Assembly (NCBI GenBank): GCA_045106415.1
Contig: JBGCEP010000010.1
Coordinates: 64,001 to 128,000 of the forward strand
Direction of reading: 5' to 3'
DNA from: Oligoflexales bacterium
GTDB taxonomy: Bacteria > Bdellovibrionota_B > Oligoflexia > Oligoflexales > Bog-1112
DNA: 64,000 nt
The notes under the pieces were generated by a model that worked only from the letters and a program-made list of their open reading frames with translations, had not been told where the DNA came from and did no database searches. Below, one piece after another: positions 19,713-29,310 of the stretch (positions within the stretch are counted from its first letter, which is position 1; each line of letters begins with the position of its first letter). The position numbers and the translations under genes are program-made.

Positions 19713-21650
19713 GTGAAATTTCACAATTTTCAATATTCTTTTTTCTTTTTATTTATTTTCTCTTGTGCAAAACCCCAAGAAAAAATTGAACGTAAACAAG
19801 CTGTTAATAAACTCCTTGTTGCAGGTAGGAGCACACCAGATACCTACCTTTCTCAACCACAGCTTAATCTTGACTCTAAAAAATTGTGGCAGCATTTCTC
19901 ACAAATAGACCCTATTCAGTGCGCTGAAAAAAACTTAATAGAAAAAGCTGTAAGCCATATACAAATTAAAGGTGATTTGAAACCTTCTGAGAAATTTATG
20001 ACATGGGTTGACGATCGATTTGCTGTCTTAGTGTGGCGTGTGGAAAGAGACGGCATTGAGATTCGAGATGCGTATGTAGAAGCAACTTTTTACCGTAAAG
20101 GTGATAGATGCTTTTTAAGAGAGATTGCTGATCATAGTTTATCAAGTATGAATATTGTGACGAAGACAGCGCCAGTACACGATGATTTCTCAGGTGTGAC
20201 AGCTTCTGATTTTAAACTTATGAGTTCACGTGTGATTTACTTTGCTACAAATAAAGGTCTTCAAGAAGCTCGAGAGTGGAAAGCAAGTAAGGATGATGAA
20301 ATTTTAACTGTTACAGCCGTTGGGCTTGAGTTGGAAGATGTTAAAGAAGCTTTTAATAATCATTTCCATGCTGAAAGAACCGTTTATATGGAGGCTTATA
20401 AAGACAACTATTTAGAAGCGACCCCCACAAGATTTATAGCACCTTTTTTGTCTATGGGAGACGGCCTCTTTACCGATGGTGATGGAGTCATCGAAGATGG
20501 GAACCTTGTTGAGCTCAGAGGAGAGAGGGTGACGATCGTTGACCCTAATGGAAACGTTGTTCAGGTTCAAGGAGAAGAGCAGGCTGACGGATCTTTATTA
20601 GTTGCTATGGCGCCACCTTTAGATTCTGAGCTGCATACTTATGTCGGTTTGAATAGAATGGCGCGTTTTGCCTTGAGGCACTTAAAAACGTCTGACTCAT
20701 CGTTGTTATCTCGATCTATTCAGGTCACCCCCAAAAGAGCTGATGCGAATGGCTGTAATGCTTTTTATTCAAGTGGTGGAAATCCATCGACGGGATTTTT
20801 AGTGTTTTTTGCACAAAGTGCACTGTGTGTAAATACAGCCCTCCTCATGGATGTTATAGCGCATGAGTGGTGCCATGCTTTGCATGATGCAACAGGACAG
20901 CCAGGAATTCAGGATAGCGCGGCATCTGAGGGGCTTGCAGATACATGTGCATCTTATCTATTGGGAAGACCAGAGATGGCGAGAGGTTTCTTTATTGGTA
21001 ATGATGCCCCTATCCGTGAGGTGAGTACAGATAGGATTTATCCTGGAGATGTTCCAGCCGATAGGCAGGTTCATACCGAAGGTCTTATTATTGGAAGCAC
21101 TTTTTGGAGCTTGCGTGAAGCGATGGTAGAGAAGTATGGCCCCACACAAGGAGCTTATGTGGCTGAAAAACTGTTTTTTCAACACTTACTGACTACGAAT
21201 ACTTATTTAGACGCATATAGAGGAGTGCTCCGTGTTGATGATGATGACGGAGATCCTATGACGCAGAGTCCTAATCATTGTCTGATTACTGACGTTTTCT
21301 TGAAACATGGTTTAGCTGAAGAAAACGATCTTCCTGATGGTTGTGATGACTCTGGAATAGTGACACCTATACCTGTTCATGATGACTTAAAAGTTTCAAT
21401 GGAAAGTAAAGATGACGGAATTTTATTCCATGTGGCGGGAGCTGAAGTGGCAGAGGTTGTTATCTGTGCAGGTGAAGAAGTGTGTGAGAAAAAAGATGGT
21501 GTTTTGATGATAACCTCGGGAAAAAAAGAAAATTTAGACTTTTTCTTGTATGAAGGTGACCGTTTAGCCCCAGGGTCATTCGTGACCTTTGTGACGTATG
21601 GATATTATGGTGATAAAAAAATGAAAACAATGAAGGTTGTGAGTAAATAG
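19713..21650 (+). CDS. Lipoprotein zinc metallopeptidase (M4/M36 gluzincin type)
   Basis: Lipobox IFSC; CNAFY; AHEWCH (HExxH); SEGLAD third-ligand motif; VH..G. Confidence 0.8.
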   Translation: MKFHNFQYSFFFLFIFSCAKPQEKIERKQAVNKLLVAGRSTPDTYLSQPQLNLDSKKLWQHFSQIDPIQCAEKNLIEKAVSHIQIKGDLKPSEKFMTWVDDRFAVLVWRVERDGIEIRDAYVEATFYRKGDRCFLREIADHSLSSMNIVTKTAPVHDDFSGVTASDFKLMSSRVIYFATNKGLQEAREWKASKDDEILTVTAVGLELEDVKEAFNNHFHAERTVYMEAYKDNYLEATPTRFIAPFLSMGDGLFTDGDGVIEDGNLVELRGERVTIVDPNGNVVQVQGEEQADGSLLVAMAPPLDSELHTYVGLNRMARFALRHLKTSDSSLLSRSIQVTPKRADANGCNAFYSSGGNPSTGFLVFFAQSALCVNTALLMDVIAHEWCHALHDATGQPGIQDSAASEGLADTCASYLLGRPEMARGFFIGNDAPIREVSTDRIYPGDVPADRQVHTEGLIIGSTFWSLREAMVEKYGPTQGAYVAEKLFFQHLLTTNTYLDAYRGVLRVDDDDGDPMTQSPNHCLITDVFLKHGLAEENDLPDGCDDSGIVTPIPVHDDLKVSMESKDDGILFHVAGAEVAEVVICAGEEVCEKKDGVLMITSGKKENLDFFLYEGDRLAPGSFVTFVTYGYYGDKKMKTMKVVSK

Positions 21651-21668
21651 CTCGTGGAAAGGGCAGAT

Positions 21669-22445
21669 ATGTTAAAAAAAATATTACTCTTAATGTCTTC
21701 TTTTACATTTGCTTTTTGTGAAAACACTCGTAATCAGAGTGCGGGTTTTGGAAGTCAGTCTGGTGTGGAGATATCAGGCGAGTGGGGAGAGGATCAAGGT
21801 GAAAATGAAAATGACGATAAATCTTCAAACTACGCAAAAAAGAAGAAGAGCTCTAAACAATCGAAATCCTTTACTCTGACTGAGTGTGAATTAAACTTAT
21901 CGCTAGCGAGCTCCTGGCAAGGTTTAAGTCTTTCTCTTGATGTTGATGGTGAAGAAGGTGATCTATGCGAAGCGCTACGGAAGACAGAGAAAAGATCTGC
22001 AGTGGTTTATTTTCTGGATGAGGATTGTGAGGGGTGCGAGCAGGAAATACGTAATATTTATCTTGCTATTCAGAGAAACGATTTTCGTGAAGATATCGGC
22101 TTTATTGTGATTGGTCATGATGAAAAAGAATCAAAATTTATTGAGGATCAAGCGCCAGGTAGTGTGTTTGCTATTGACTTAAAGCAAAGTTTTTTGAAAT
22201 CGATACCAGACGATATTCAAGACGATAGAGACGATGAACGTTTCCCTTTACTGTTAGGCTTAAACGGTGATCTAGAGTATAAATTTGTACATATGGATAC
22301 ATATCTTGAGGTTGTTGATGAAACTGTTGAGTTGCTTCAAGATTTTGATAGTGATGTTGAGAGTGATCCTATTGAAACAAAAACATCCTGGGACGGCGAC
22401 AAACACCAAGGGACAGGTCTTCTTGATGTGATACCTGTTCATTAA
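21669..22445 (+). CDS. Exported acidic protein with thioredoxin-like CxxC
   Basis: Signal-like N-terminus; VVYFLDEDCEGCEQE; downstream FP (cis-Pro-like). Confidence 0.55.
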   Translation: MLKKILLLMSSFTFAFCENTRNQSAGFGSQSGVEISGEWGEDQGENENDDKSSNYAKKKKSSKQSKSFTLTECELNLSLASSWQGLSLSLDVDGEEGDLCEALRKTEKRSAVVYFLDEDCEGCEQEIRNIYLAIQRNDFREDIGFIVIGHDEKESKFIEDQAPGSVFAIDLKQSFLKSIPDDIQDDRDDERFPLLLGLNGDLEYKFVHMDTYLEVVDETVELLQDFDSDVESDPIETKTSWDGDKHQGTGLLDVIPVH

Positions 22446-22524
22446 TGAACAGATGGCTGTTTTGCTCTTGTGAGAGGTTCCTGTAGAATGGAAGCACACA
22501 TCATTAAATTTATGATCGGAGTGC

Positions 22525-22935
22525 TTGTTGGAAGAGTCGCAGAGCTTTCTATGTATTGTTGATGACGACCCTGATACGTGTCAGCTGTTGGCTGAGCAAA
22601 TCGAGTCAGATTTATATGAAACTAAAATATTTACATGCCCTCGAGAAGGACTTGCGTTTCTTGCGCAGCATAAGCCTTTTGGAATCATTCTTGATTATTA
22701 TATGCCTGTGATGAACGGTAGTGAGTTTTGTGCTGAGGCGCAGAAACTTGGAGTCGAGCAGGGGTGCGTTGTGATGATGTCAAGTTGGCCTCCTGAGAGT
22801 GGTCGTATCCCTGAAGGTATAGAGAAGACGGTGCGTTACTTTTTGGAGAAGCCTGATGCTTTAGAGAGGCTTCCCCTCATAGTCTCACAGTTGTATGATG
22901 AGAGGTATGGCGGTTCTAAGGAACCTCCTTCTTAG
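22525..22935 (+). CDS. Single-domain response regulator
   Basis: IVDDD, ILDYYMP..NG, MMSS, FLEKP. Confidence 0.85.
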   Translation: MLEESQSFLCIVDDDPDTCQLLAEQIESDLYETKIFTCPREGLAFLAQHKPFGIILDYYMPVMNGSEFCAEAQKLGVEQGCVVMMSSWPPESGRIPEGIEKTVRYFLEKPDALERLPLIVSQLYDERYGGSKEPPS

Positions 22936-23024
22936 ATCCTTGAAATTTGATTGCAGTTTTCAAAAATCTTGATTAGAATACGATCGAATCCAAAAGTAAT
23001 GAACTGAATGTGTTGGGAAACATT

Positions 23025-24752
23025 ATGTCGGGACAGGATCATCATGAATTGTCGTTTTGGGAAAAGTATGTCTTTTCAACTGACCACAAAACGATAGGTA
23101 TTCAGTACGGAATTACAGCTCTTCTCTTTATGTTGGCTGGTTTTGGTTTAATGTTGCTCATGAGGTGGCAACTTGCTTATCCTTTTGAAGCAATTCCTGC
23201 TTTCAAATCGATGTTCAGCTTTGATCGGATGCCTGATGGTGTGATGACAGGGGAGTTTTATAATGGGTTGGGTGCTATGCACGGAACCATTATGATTTTT
23301 CTTGGTGTTGTGCCGATGGGAGTTGGAGCTTTAGGGAATTATGTTCTTCCGTTGCAAATTGGTGCGGTCGATATGGCTTTTCCTAAAATTAACATGATGA
23401 GCTACCACAGTTATTTCTGGGGTGGCGTTCTTATGTTGTTAAGTTTCCTTGCTCCTGGAGGACCAGCAAATACTGGTTGGACAGCGTATCCGCCTCTTTC
23501 TGTTCTTTCTGAGACTTCCGGTCAGACAATGTGGCTATTCTCGATGGTGTTTTTAATTACGTCTTCACTTCTTGGTTCGTTAAACTTTATTGTTACAACG
23601 GTTCAGCTTCGAGCTAAAGGTATGTCTTATTTTAGAATGCCAATCTTTGTTTGGGCACAGCTCGTGACTTCTTTCTTGCTTTTATTGGCGTTTCCTCCTC
23701 TTGAAGCAGCTGCTGTACTTCAGCTGATGGACCGTCTTGCGGGAACAAGTTTCTTTATGGCAAGTGGGCTGTATGTTGGTGGTGAGGCTATTGGTTATGC
23801 TGGTGGCGGGAGCGCTCTTCTTTATCAGCACCTTTTCTGGTTTCTTGGGCACCCTGAAGTTTATGTTTTAATTTTACCGGCCCTAGGAACAGTGGCTGAA
23901 ATTATTGCTGTGAATACAAGAAAACCTTTATATGGCTATACTTCTCTTGTTTATTCAATGATTTTTCTTGGGTTCATGTCGATGATTGTATGGGCGCATC
24001 ATATGTATATGACGGGTATGGGCTCTATTATGAGCGCTTTCTTTCAAACAACAACTATGATTATTTCTGTGCCTTCAGTCGTTATTCTGGCTTGTATGAT
24101 GCTCTCCCTTTGGGGAGGAAGTATTCGTTTTAACACCCCAATGCTTTTTGCCTTAGGCTTCTTACCAATGTTTGGTATTGGTGGTTTAACGGGCTTGCCT
24201 CTGGGTTTAGCTGCAACAGATATTACTTTGCACGATACTTATTATGTGATTGGCCACTTTCATTATGTTGTAGCTCCAGGGACAATCTTCGCACTCTTTG
24301 CCGCCGTGTACTTTTGGTACCCTAAAGCTACAGGTCGTATGATGAATGAATTTTGGGGAAAGATTCATTTTTTTGGGTCTTTTGTTTGCATGAATTTGAT
24401 TTTCTTTCCGATGCTGATTCAAGGTTTAGCAGGGATGAATCGCCGTGTTTATGATGGTGGAGCGATGTACCAATTTAATGCAGAAGTTCTTCATCTTAAC
24501 TATTGGATTTTAGTCGGTGGTCTTGGTTTAGCTGTTTTTCAGATTCCGTTTATTTTGAATTTTTTCCTTTCAATAAAACGTGGACAAAAAGTTGGCGCTA
24601 ACCCTTGGGATGCAACAACTATTGAGTGGGCAGATGCTCCTTCCCCACCACCACACGGAAACTTTTTGAAAGAAATTGTTGTTCACCGAGGCCCTTATGA
24701 GTACAGCGTGCCAGGTGATGATCGTGATTATATTCCACAAACACAGGCTTGA
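23025..24752 (+). CDS. ctaD: Cytochrome c oxidase subunit I (A1 type)
   Basis: DHKTIG, HGTIMIF, GWTAYPPL, WFLGHPEVY, WAHHM, HDTYYVIGHFHY, GMNRR. Confidence 0.97.
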   Translation: MSGQDHHELSFWEKYVFSTDHKTIGIQYGITALLFMLAGFGLMLLMRWQLAYPFEAIPAFKSMFSFDRMPDGVMTGEFYNGLGAMHGTIMIFLGVVPMGVGALGNYVLPLQIGAVDMAFPKINMMSYHSYFWGGVLMLLSFLAPGGPANTGWTAYPPLSVLSETSGQTMWLFSMVFLITSSLLGSLNFIVTTVQLRAKGMSYFRMPIFVWAQLVTSFLLLLAFPPLEAAAVLQLMDRLAGTSFFMASGLYVGGEAIGYAGGGSALLYQHLFWFLGHPEVYVLILPALGTVAEIIAVNTRKPLYGYTSLVYSMIFLGFMSMIVWAHHMYMTGMGSIMSAFFQTTTMIISVPSVVILACMMLSLWGGSIRFNTPMLFALGFLPMFGIGGLTGLPLGLAATDITLHDTYYVIGHFHYVVAPGTIFALFAAVYFWYPKATGRMMNEFWGKIHFFGSFVCMNLIFFPMLIQGLAGMNRRVYDGGAMYQFNAEVLHLNYWILVGGLGLAVFQIPFILNFFLSIKRGQKVGANPWDATTIEWADAPSPPPHGNFLKEIVVHRGPYEYSVPGDDRDYIPQTQA

Positions 24753-24763
24753 GGGGGTGTTCG

Positions 24764-25360
24764 GTGAGTGTTGTTATTCCTTATGTAAGTACTCCGCGGC
24801 CTGATACTGGGGTTACAAATGCAAAATTGGGTATTTGGCTGTTTCTTTTATCAGAAGTGATGCTTTTTGGTGGTTTGTTTTCCGCTTATATTTTATTGAG
24901 AGTCGGAGCTGATGTTTGGCCAGAAGGGGTTGAGGTGCTTAACGTACCTATTGCAACTGTAAACACGCTTGTCCTTATTATTTCAAGTGTTACGGTTGTG
25001 TTAGGGTGGGCAGCTCTGGTTGAAAAAAACTTTAAGCTCTACCGTATCTATATGATTGTCACTTTATTATGTGGCGTTGCTTTTATGATTAATAAAAGTA
25101 TTGAATATGCGAGTAAGTTTTCTCACGGAATATCTCCTGCGACGGATAATTTTTACGGAATCTACTTTACTATTACCGGACTTCATGGTTTGCACGTTTT
25201 AGGTGGAATGTTAGCTCTTGCCTGGTTAGCGTGGCCTGGTAGTAAAATGTGGGAGACTGATCCAGAGCGTTTTACGGGGCGTGTAGAATGTGCAGGGTTG
25301 TTTTGGCACTTAGTGGATTTAGTCTGGATTGTTGTGTTTCCTGTTCTGTATTTGATTTAA
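24764..25360 (+). CDS. ctaE: Cytochrome c oxidase subunit III (short form)
   Basis: WLFLLSEVMLFGGLF, TGLHGLHV, WHLVDLVW. Confidence 0.93.
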   Translation: MSVVIPYVSTPRPDTGVTNAKLGIWLFLLSEVMLFGGLFSAYILLRVGADVWPEGVEVLNVPIATVNTLVLIISSVTVVLGWAALVEKNFKLYRIYMIVTLLCGVAFMINKSIEYASKFSHGISPATDNFYGIYFTITGLHGLHVLGGMLALAWLAWPGSKMWETDPERFTGRVECAGLFWHLVDLVWIVVFPVLYLI

Positions 25361-25378
25361 GTCAAAGTGGGGTTCAAA

Positions 25379-25675
25379 ATGGCTGGTGCCGATGGTTTGC
25401 AAGAATATAAAAAAGCTTGTTTTGTTGTTTTTGGTTGCCTTATGGTGCTTACGGTTTTGACGGTTGCTGTTGCGTATATCAAAATGCAAACACAGCTCGC
25501 AATTGCTGTTGCTTTGTGTATCGCTGGAGCTAAAATGACTTTAGTTCTTGGTTGGTTTATGCACTTAGTGTCTGAGAAAGCGATTATCCGCTATTCATTA
25601 GCTATGACTTTTTTCTTCTTTATTTTTTTACTTCTACTGCCAGTGATAAACGATACGCATTTAATTGGATCGTAG
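25379..25675 (+). CDS. Cytochrome c oxidase subunit IV (CtaF/CyoD family)
   Basis: LTVLTV, IAGAK..LV..WFMHL. Confidence 0.88.
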   Translation: MAGADGLQEYKKACFVVFGCLMVLTVLTVAVAYIKMQTQLAIAVALCIAGAKMTLVLGWFMHLVSEKAIIRYSLAMTFFFFIFLLLLPVINDTHLIGS

Positions 25676-25690
25676 GATGAAGAGGTTGTT

Positions 25691-25918
25691 ATGTCTTTAA
25701 GAATATTTCATATTGTTTTTATTTTAAGCTCCATCATACTCCTTGGTGGATATACTTATTGGTCAGCTGTCGCTTACACTGAAGTCGATAATGTGTTCTA
25801 CCTTGTTTCAGCAGCAGGCTCTGTTTTTGGCTGTGTTTTGCTAGCTTTTTATTTAAAGACAGCGATAGAAAAAGCAGGGCAGGAGGTCAAAAAATGGCGG
25901 CAAGTCTTAGCAGGCTGA
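25691..25918 (+). CDS. Small two-TM membrane protein in the cox operon
   Basis: GAGG RBS; MSLRIFHIVFI start; two hydrophobic helices. Confidence 0.7.
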   Translation: MSLRIFHIVFILSSIILLGGYTYWSAVAYTEVDNVFYLVSAAGSVFGCVLLAFYLKTAIEKAGQEVKKWRQVLAG

Positions 25919-26148
25919 TTTTGTCTTTTTTACTTCTAAGTAGTACACCTCTTTTCAGTTGCCCAACTTGTATGTCAGCTGGTGGAGAAGCAGTTAAGGG
26001 TTTGTTTTGGTCAATGCTGGCTTTATTTTTAACTGTTTTATTTGTTCTGTGTGGATTGGCGGGTTATTTTTTGTTTTTAAAAAATCAAGCGACAGCTCAT
26101 GCAGCCAAAGAGAGCAGTCTTTATTTAAACAAACGTGAAGGAGAGTGA
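25894..26148 (+). CDS. Small membrane protein with periplasmic CPxC motif
   Basis: GGAGG RBS; signal/TM segment, SCPTCM, then TM helix. Confidence 0.7.
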   Translation: MAASLSRLILSFLLLSSTPLFSCPTCMSAGGEAVKGLFWSMLALFLTVLFVLCGLAGYFLFLKNQATAHAAKESSLYLNKREGE

Positions 26149-26151
26149 ATC

Positions 26152-26952
26152 GTGACGGCTAACATGAAGGAGTTTTTAGGCTTTCGTTTATTGCCTGAGG
26201 TGGCATCAGCTCACGGTGATCATCTCGACGATATCATGCTTTATCTTCATATTTTAATGATAGTTTTGGCTGTGGGTTGGGGGCTTTATCTTATTGTTGC
26301 TCTCTTTAAATTCCGAGCTGGACGTGGTCATAAAGCAGATTATCACGGAGTGCAGTCTTCGGTTGCAAAATATATCGAAATCGGTGTTGTTGTTATTGAG
26401 GTTGTTTTGCTTCTTTGTTTTTCTATCCCTTTTTGGGGAAAGTGGGTAGATGCAGAACAACAGATGACAAACACCGAAGAAGAGAATGCCACTGTCGTTC
26501 GTGTTGTTGCGCAACAGTTTCAGTGGAATTTTCATTATGCTGGTCCTGACGGTAAATTTGGTATGGTCAGCCCTGATTTTTACGATAAAAACCCTGTAGG
26601 ATTAGATCCTGAAGATCCGTGGGGTGCTGATAATTTTATCACGCAGCATGAGATGCACGTGCCTGTTGGCCGGCGTGTTGTTGCTTATATTACATCACGA
26701 GATGTGATTCATGGGTTCGGAGTTCCTGCTATGAGAGTGAAGCAAGATGCAACACCAGGTGTGAATGTCCCTATTTCCTGGATCCCAACTAAAGAAGGTG
26801 TTTATGAGATTGCTTGTTCTCAATTATGCGGAGCCGGGCACGGTTTGATGAGAGGTGTGCTTGTCGTTCATAGCGAGGATGACTATAAAGCCTGGTTGGC
26901 ACAGCAGTACGATAAAGATGATGTTGAGCGTATGTTTGCAGGAAATAAATAA
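26152..26952 (+). CDS. ctaC: Cytochrome c oxidase subunit II
   Basis: Two TM helices, QFQWNF, DVIHGF, CSQLCGAGHGLM CuA site. Confidence 0.95.
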   Translation: MTANMKEFLGFRLLPEVASAHGDHLDDIMLYLHILMIVLAVGWGLYLIVALFKFRAGRGHKADYHGVQSSVAKYIEIGVVVIEVVLLLCFSIPFWGKWVDAEQQMTNTEEENATVVRVVAQQFQWNFHYAGPDGKFGMVSPDFYDKNPVGLDPEDPWGADNFITQHEMHVPVGRRVVAYITSRDVIHGFGVPAMRVKQDATPGVNVPISWIPTKEGVYEIACSQLCGAGHGLMRGVLVVHSEDDYKAWLAQQYDKDDVERMFAGNK

Positions 26953-26994
26953 CGACTGATTGACAAATAGGTCTTGTAAGAAGGAGCCAAAGAA

Positions 26995-27591
26995 ATGCTG
27001 TTCTGTAGAAGTTTGTTGATGTTTCTCTCTGTTTTTACCACAACTTTTGCGTTGGGTTCCGAGGCTCTTTACAATTATGATAGCCTGATCTACCGATATA
27101 ATTGTGTGAGTTGTCACGGTAAGGACGGTCATTTCCCAACTGTTCCGGGTTACCCTAGGATAGGTGGGCTTTCCCAAGGGTATCTTAAACAGCAGTTACA
27201 AGACTTTCGTTCAGGAAAGCGAGTGAACTCTCGTGGTAAAACGATGCATGATCTTGCCAGGGCATTCTCAGATGATGTGATTGAAGCTTTGTCAACTGAA
27301 ATTTCAGCTTATACGCTCCCGGCTGTTAAGAGTGTCCCTGAGCATCCAGGCAAGAAATTGTATGCAGAAAAAGGCTGTATCGCATGCCATGGTATGGATG
27401 GTTCTCAGCCCATTGCTTCTTTCTACCCTGCAATTGCTGGGCAGCATCGAGATTATTTATACACTCAATCTACAGATATCAAATACAAAAGACGAACAGG
27501 GGGTCAAGCGGTGGCAATGGCAGCTATTATTGCAGCTGTGCCAGATGAAGACCTTAAAGTGATTTCAGAATGGTTGGAATCTGTTCGTTAA
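26995..27591 (+). CDS. Dihaem cytochrome c4-like protein
   Basis: Signal peptide; CVSCHG and CIACHG; two P..xGx..xYL..Q repeats with distal Met. Confidence 0.9.
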   Translation: MLFCRSLLMFLSVFTTTFALGSEALYNYDSLIYRYNCVSCHGKDGHFPTVPGYPRIGGLSQGYLKQQLQDFRSGKRVNSRGKTMHDLARAFSDDVIEALSTEISAYTLPAVKSVPEHPGKKLYAEKGCIACHGMDGSQPIASFYPAIAGQHRDYLYTQSTDIKYKRRTGGQAVAMAAIIAAVPDEDLKVISEWLESVR

Positions 27592-27610
27592 AAAAATAAG
27601 TATTTCTTTG

Positions 27611-27643
27611 AAAAAACCGCGATGTTATTCGCGGTTTTTTTTT
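27611..27643 (+). terminator. Intrinsic terminator of the cox operon
   Basis: AAAAAACCGCGA-loop-TCGCGGTTTTTT plus T-run. Confidence 0.9.
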
Positions 27644-27756
27644 ATACTTGAAAAGATAGAAAAGCCTCGTTAGAGTTTCACTTCTTTTGTGGTAAGCACT
27701 GCTTATAAAAGTTTTTTAGTCGTATCACTTGATGGTATGTCTGAAGAGGCGTTTTT

Positions 27757-29310
27757 ATGACAAACTTTAAAATTTTTACTTTTTGTTTTTTGGCAATGTC
27801 TGCACAGATTGTTGTGAGCCAAGATTACTGCATTGCTGTGCGTGGAAATGCAGATCGTGCTTTGGCTCATTACGGAGCACTTGGGCGAGCGATAGAGAAT
27901 TTTGGAGTTCCTAGTCAAATGGCAGGGTCAAGTTCTGCATCTTTGGCTATGCTTGTGGTTGAGAGTGCTATGATTAACCCAGCGACTCATCACTGTTACG
28001 GACGGCGTTGTACTGAAGAAGAACGTCGGATGAGAGTTGCTTTTCTTGTGAAGTCCGTGCCGTGGTTGATGGAGGATTTTTGGGACTCTCAAGCAGGTTT
28101 TCATGCAAAACAAGCTCAGGCTTACGCTGTAAAACATAAGCATTCTTCGAACGTTTGGGGACAGTTTCAGATGTTTAGGCATGTGCGAGAAATTTTTAGA
28201 TCTCCTCTTTTTAAAGGTGTTTTAAATGCAGAATGGTTTAAAGTTAAACATTTTTGGCATCACCCCCAAAGACATATTCGAGAATTGTTTCGCGGTTTAG
28301 AAAAGCTTGATGATTTTGAAATTTGGGATCAAAGTGTTTTTGTTCGCCCTGGGCTCATCCATTGGGGTAAGGTTCTTCAAAATCTGAGTTCATATATGGA
28401 TTTTATTGCTGGTTACGATATGGATGAGAGCCAAAAACTTAAAGCGCAAGAAGCAATTTCTTTTTGTGCTGAGAATTCTTTTGGGCGTCATTGGTATGAA
28501 TTGAGCCAAAAAAGATTAGACGAGGAGCATACCTGTAGAGACCTTTGGGCTAATCTCTGGGAAGATTGGAATCAGAAATCATGTCCAAATCACCATAGCC
28601 GTCTTGACGATAAGGTTGGAGATTTTTTACCTTCTTATGTTGGTGTCGGTTTTCTTCCTGGTTATAAACAAGTCCGAAATTTTAAAAAGTCATTTCATCG
28701 TTTTAAACGTGGTAAGCCATATCTTTTTGATGCTCGTTTTGAAAATTTACAGGTTGGCTATTGGGGAGAAGAGTCACGGTTGCAAAAAATTATGCGGAAC
28801 CCGATGGGATTTGATGACCCTAAAACAAAACGATTTTACTCCTTAGGGCAGTCCTCGTGGAGAGAAGCAGCTGTGCGTAGTATGAGTGAACCAGGCCTCG
28901 CTCAAGCGATGCCTCTTGGGCGAAGAGGCTTAACGATTGGCGGTTGGGCAGAAATGGAACCTGTACAAGTTTTGCGAAATGCAGGATGTGAAAAAGTTTT
29001 GTTTCTGACTCGCGAGGGCGCAGAATCTCCAGGGGCAATAGCGATCGCGGGTGTTTTAGGTATGACAGATACTGAAAAAAAAGATTGGTTTTCTCTTAAT
29101 CAGAATAGTGTGATGACAAAAGCCCTAGAGTTATCTGACGCTGTATGGTGTGCCAATTGGGAAAAAGAGTATGAGTATCCAAAGGAGCTCTATGAAGACG
29201 CTTGGTCTTCCCCGATTTTTTTCAATGGCTTGTTGCAGCCAAAGGACTCGAGATTAATCTCAAGTGAGAAACCTATTTGTGGGTGTGTTCCTTTTTATAA
29301 GCCATCTTAA
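27757..29310 (+). CDS. Secreted hypothetical protein, possibly patatin-like hydrolase fold
   Basis: Signal peptide; RGN...AHYGAL, then AGSSSAS resembling the patatin oxyanion and nucleophile elbows. Confidence 0.5.
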   Translation: MTNFKIFTFCFLAMSAQIVVSQDYCIAVRGNADRALAHYGALGRAIENFGVPSQMAGSSSASLAMLVVESAMINPATHHCYGRRCTEEERRMRVAFLVKSVPWLMEDFWDSQAGFHAKQAQAYAVKHKHSSNVWGQFQMFRHVREIFRSPLFKGVLNAEWFKVKHFWHHPQRHIRELFRGLEKLDDFEIWDQSVFVRPGLIHWGKVLQNLSSYMDFIAGYDMDESQKLKAQEAISFCAENSFGRHWYELSQKRLDEEHTCRDLWANLWEDWNQKSCPNHHSRLDDKVGDFLPSYVGVGFLPGYKQVRNFKKSFHRFKRGKPYLFDARFENLQVGYWGEESRLQKIMRNPMGFDDPKTKRFYSLGQSSWREAAVRSMSEPGLAQAMPLGRRGLTIGGWAEMEPVQVLRNAGCEKVLFLTREGAESPGAIAIAGVLGMTDTEKKDWFSLNQNSVMTKALELSDAVWCANWEKEYEYPKELYEDAWSSPIFFNGLLQPKDSRLISSEKPICGCVPFYKPS

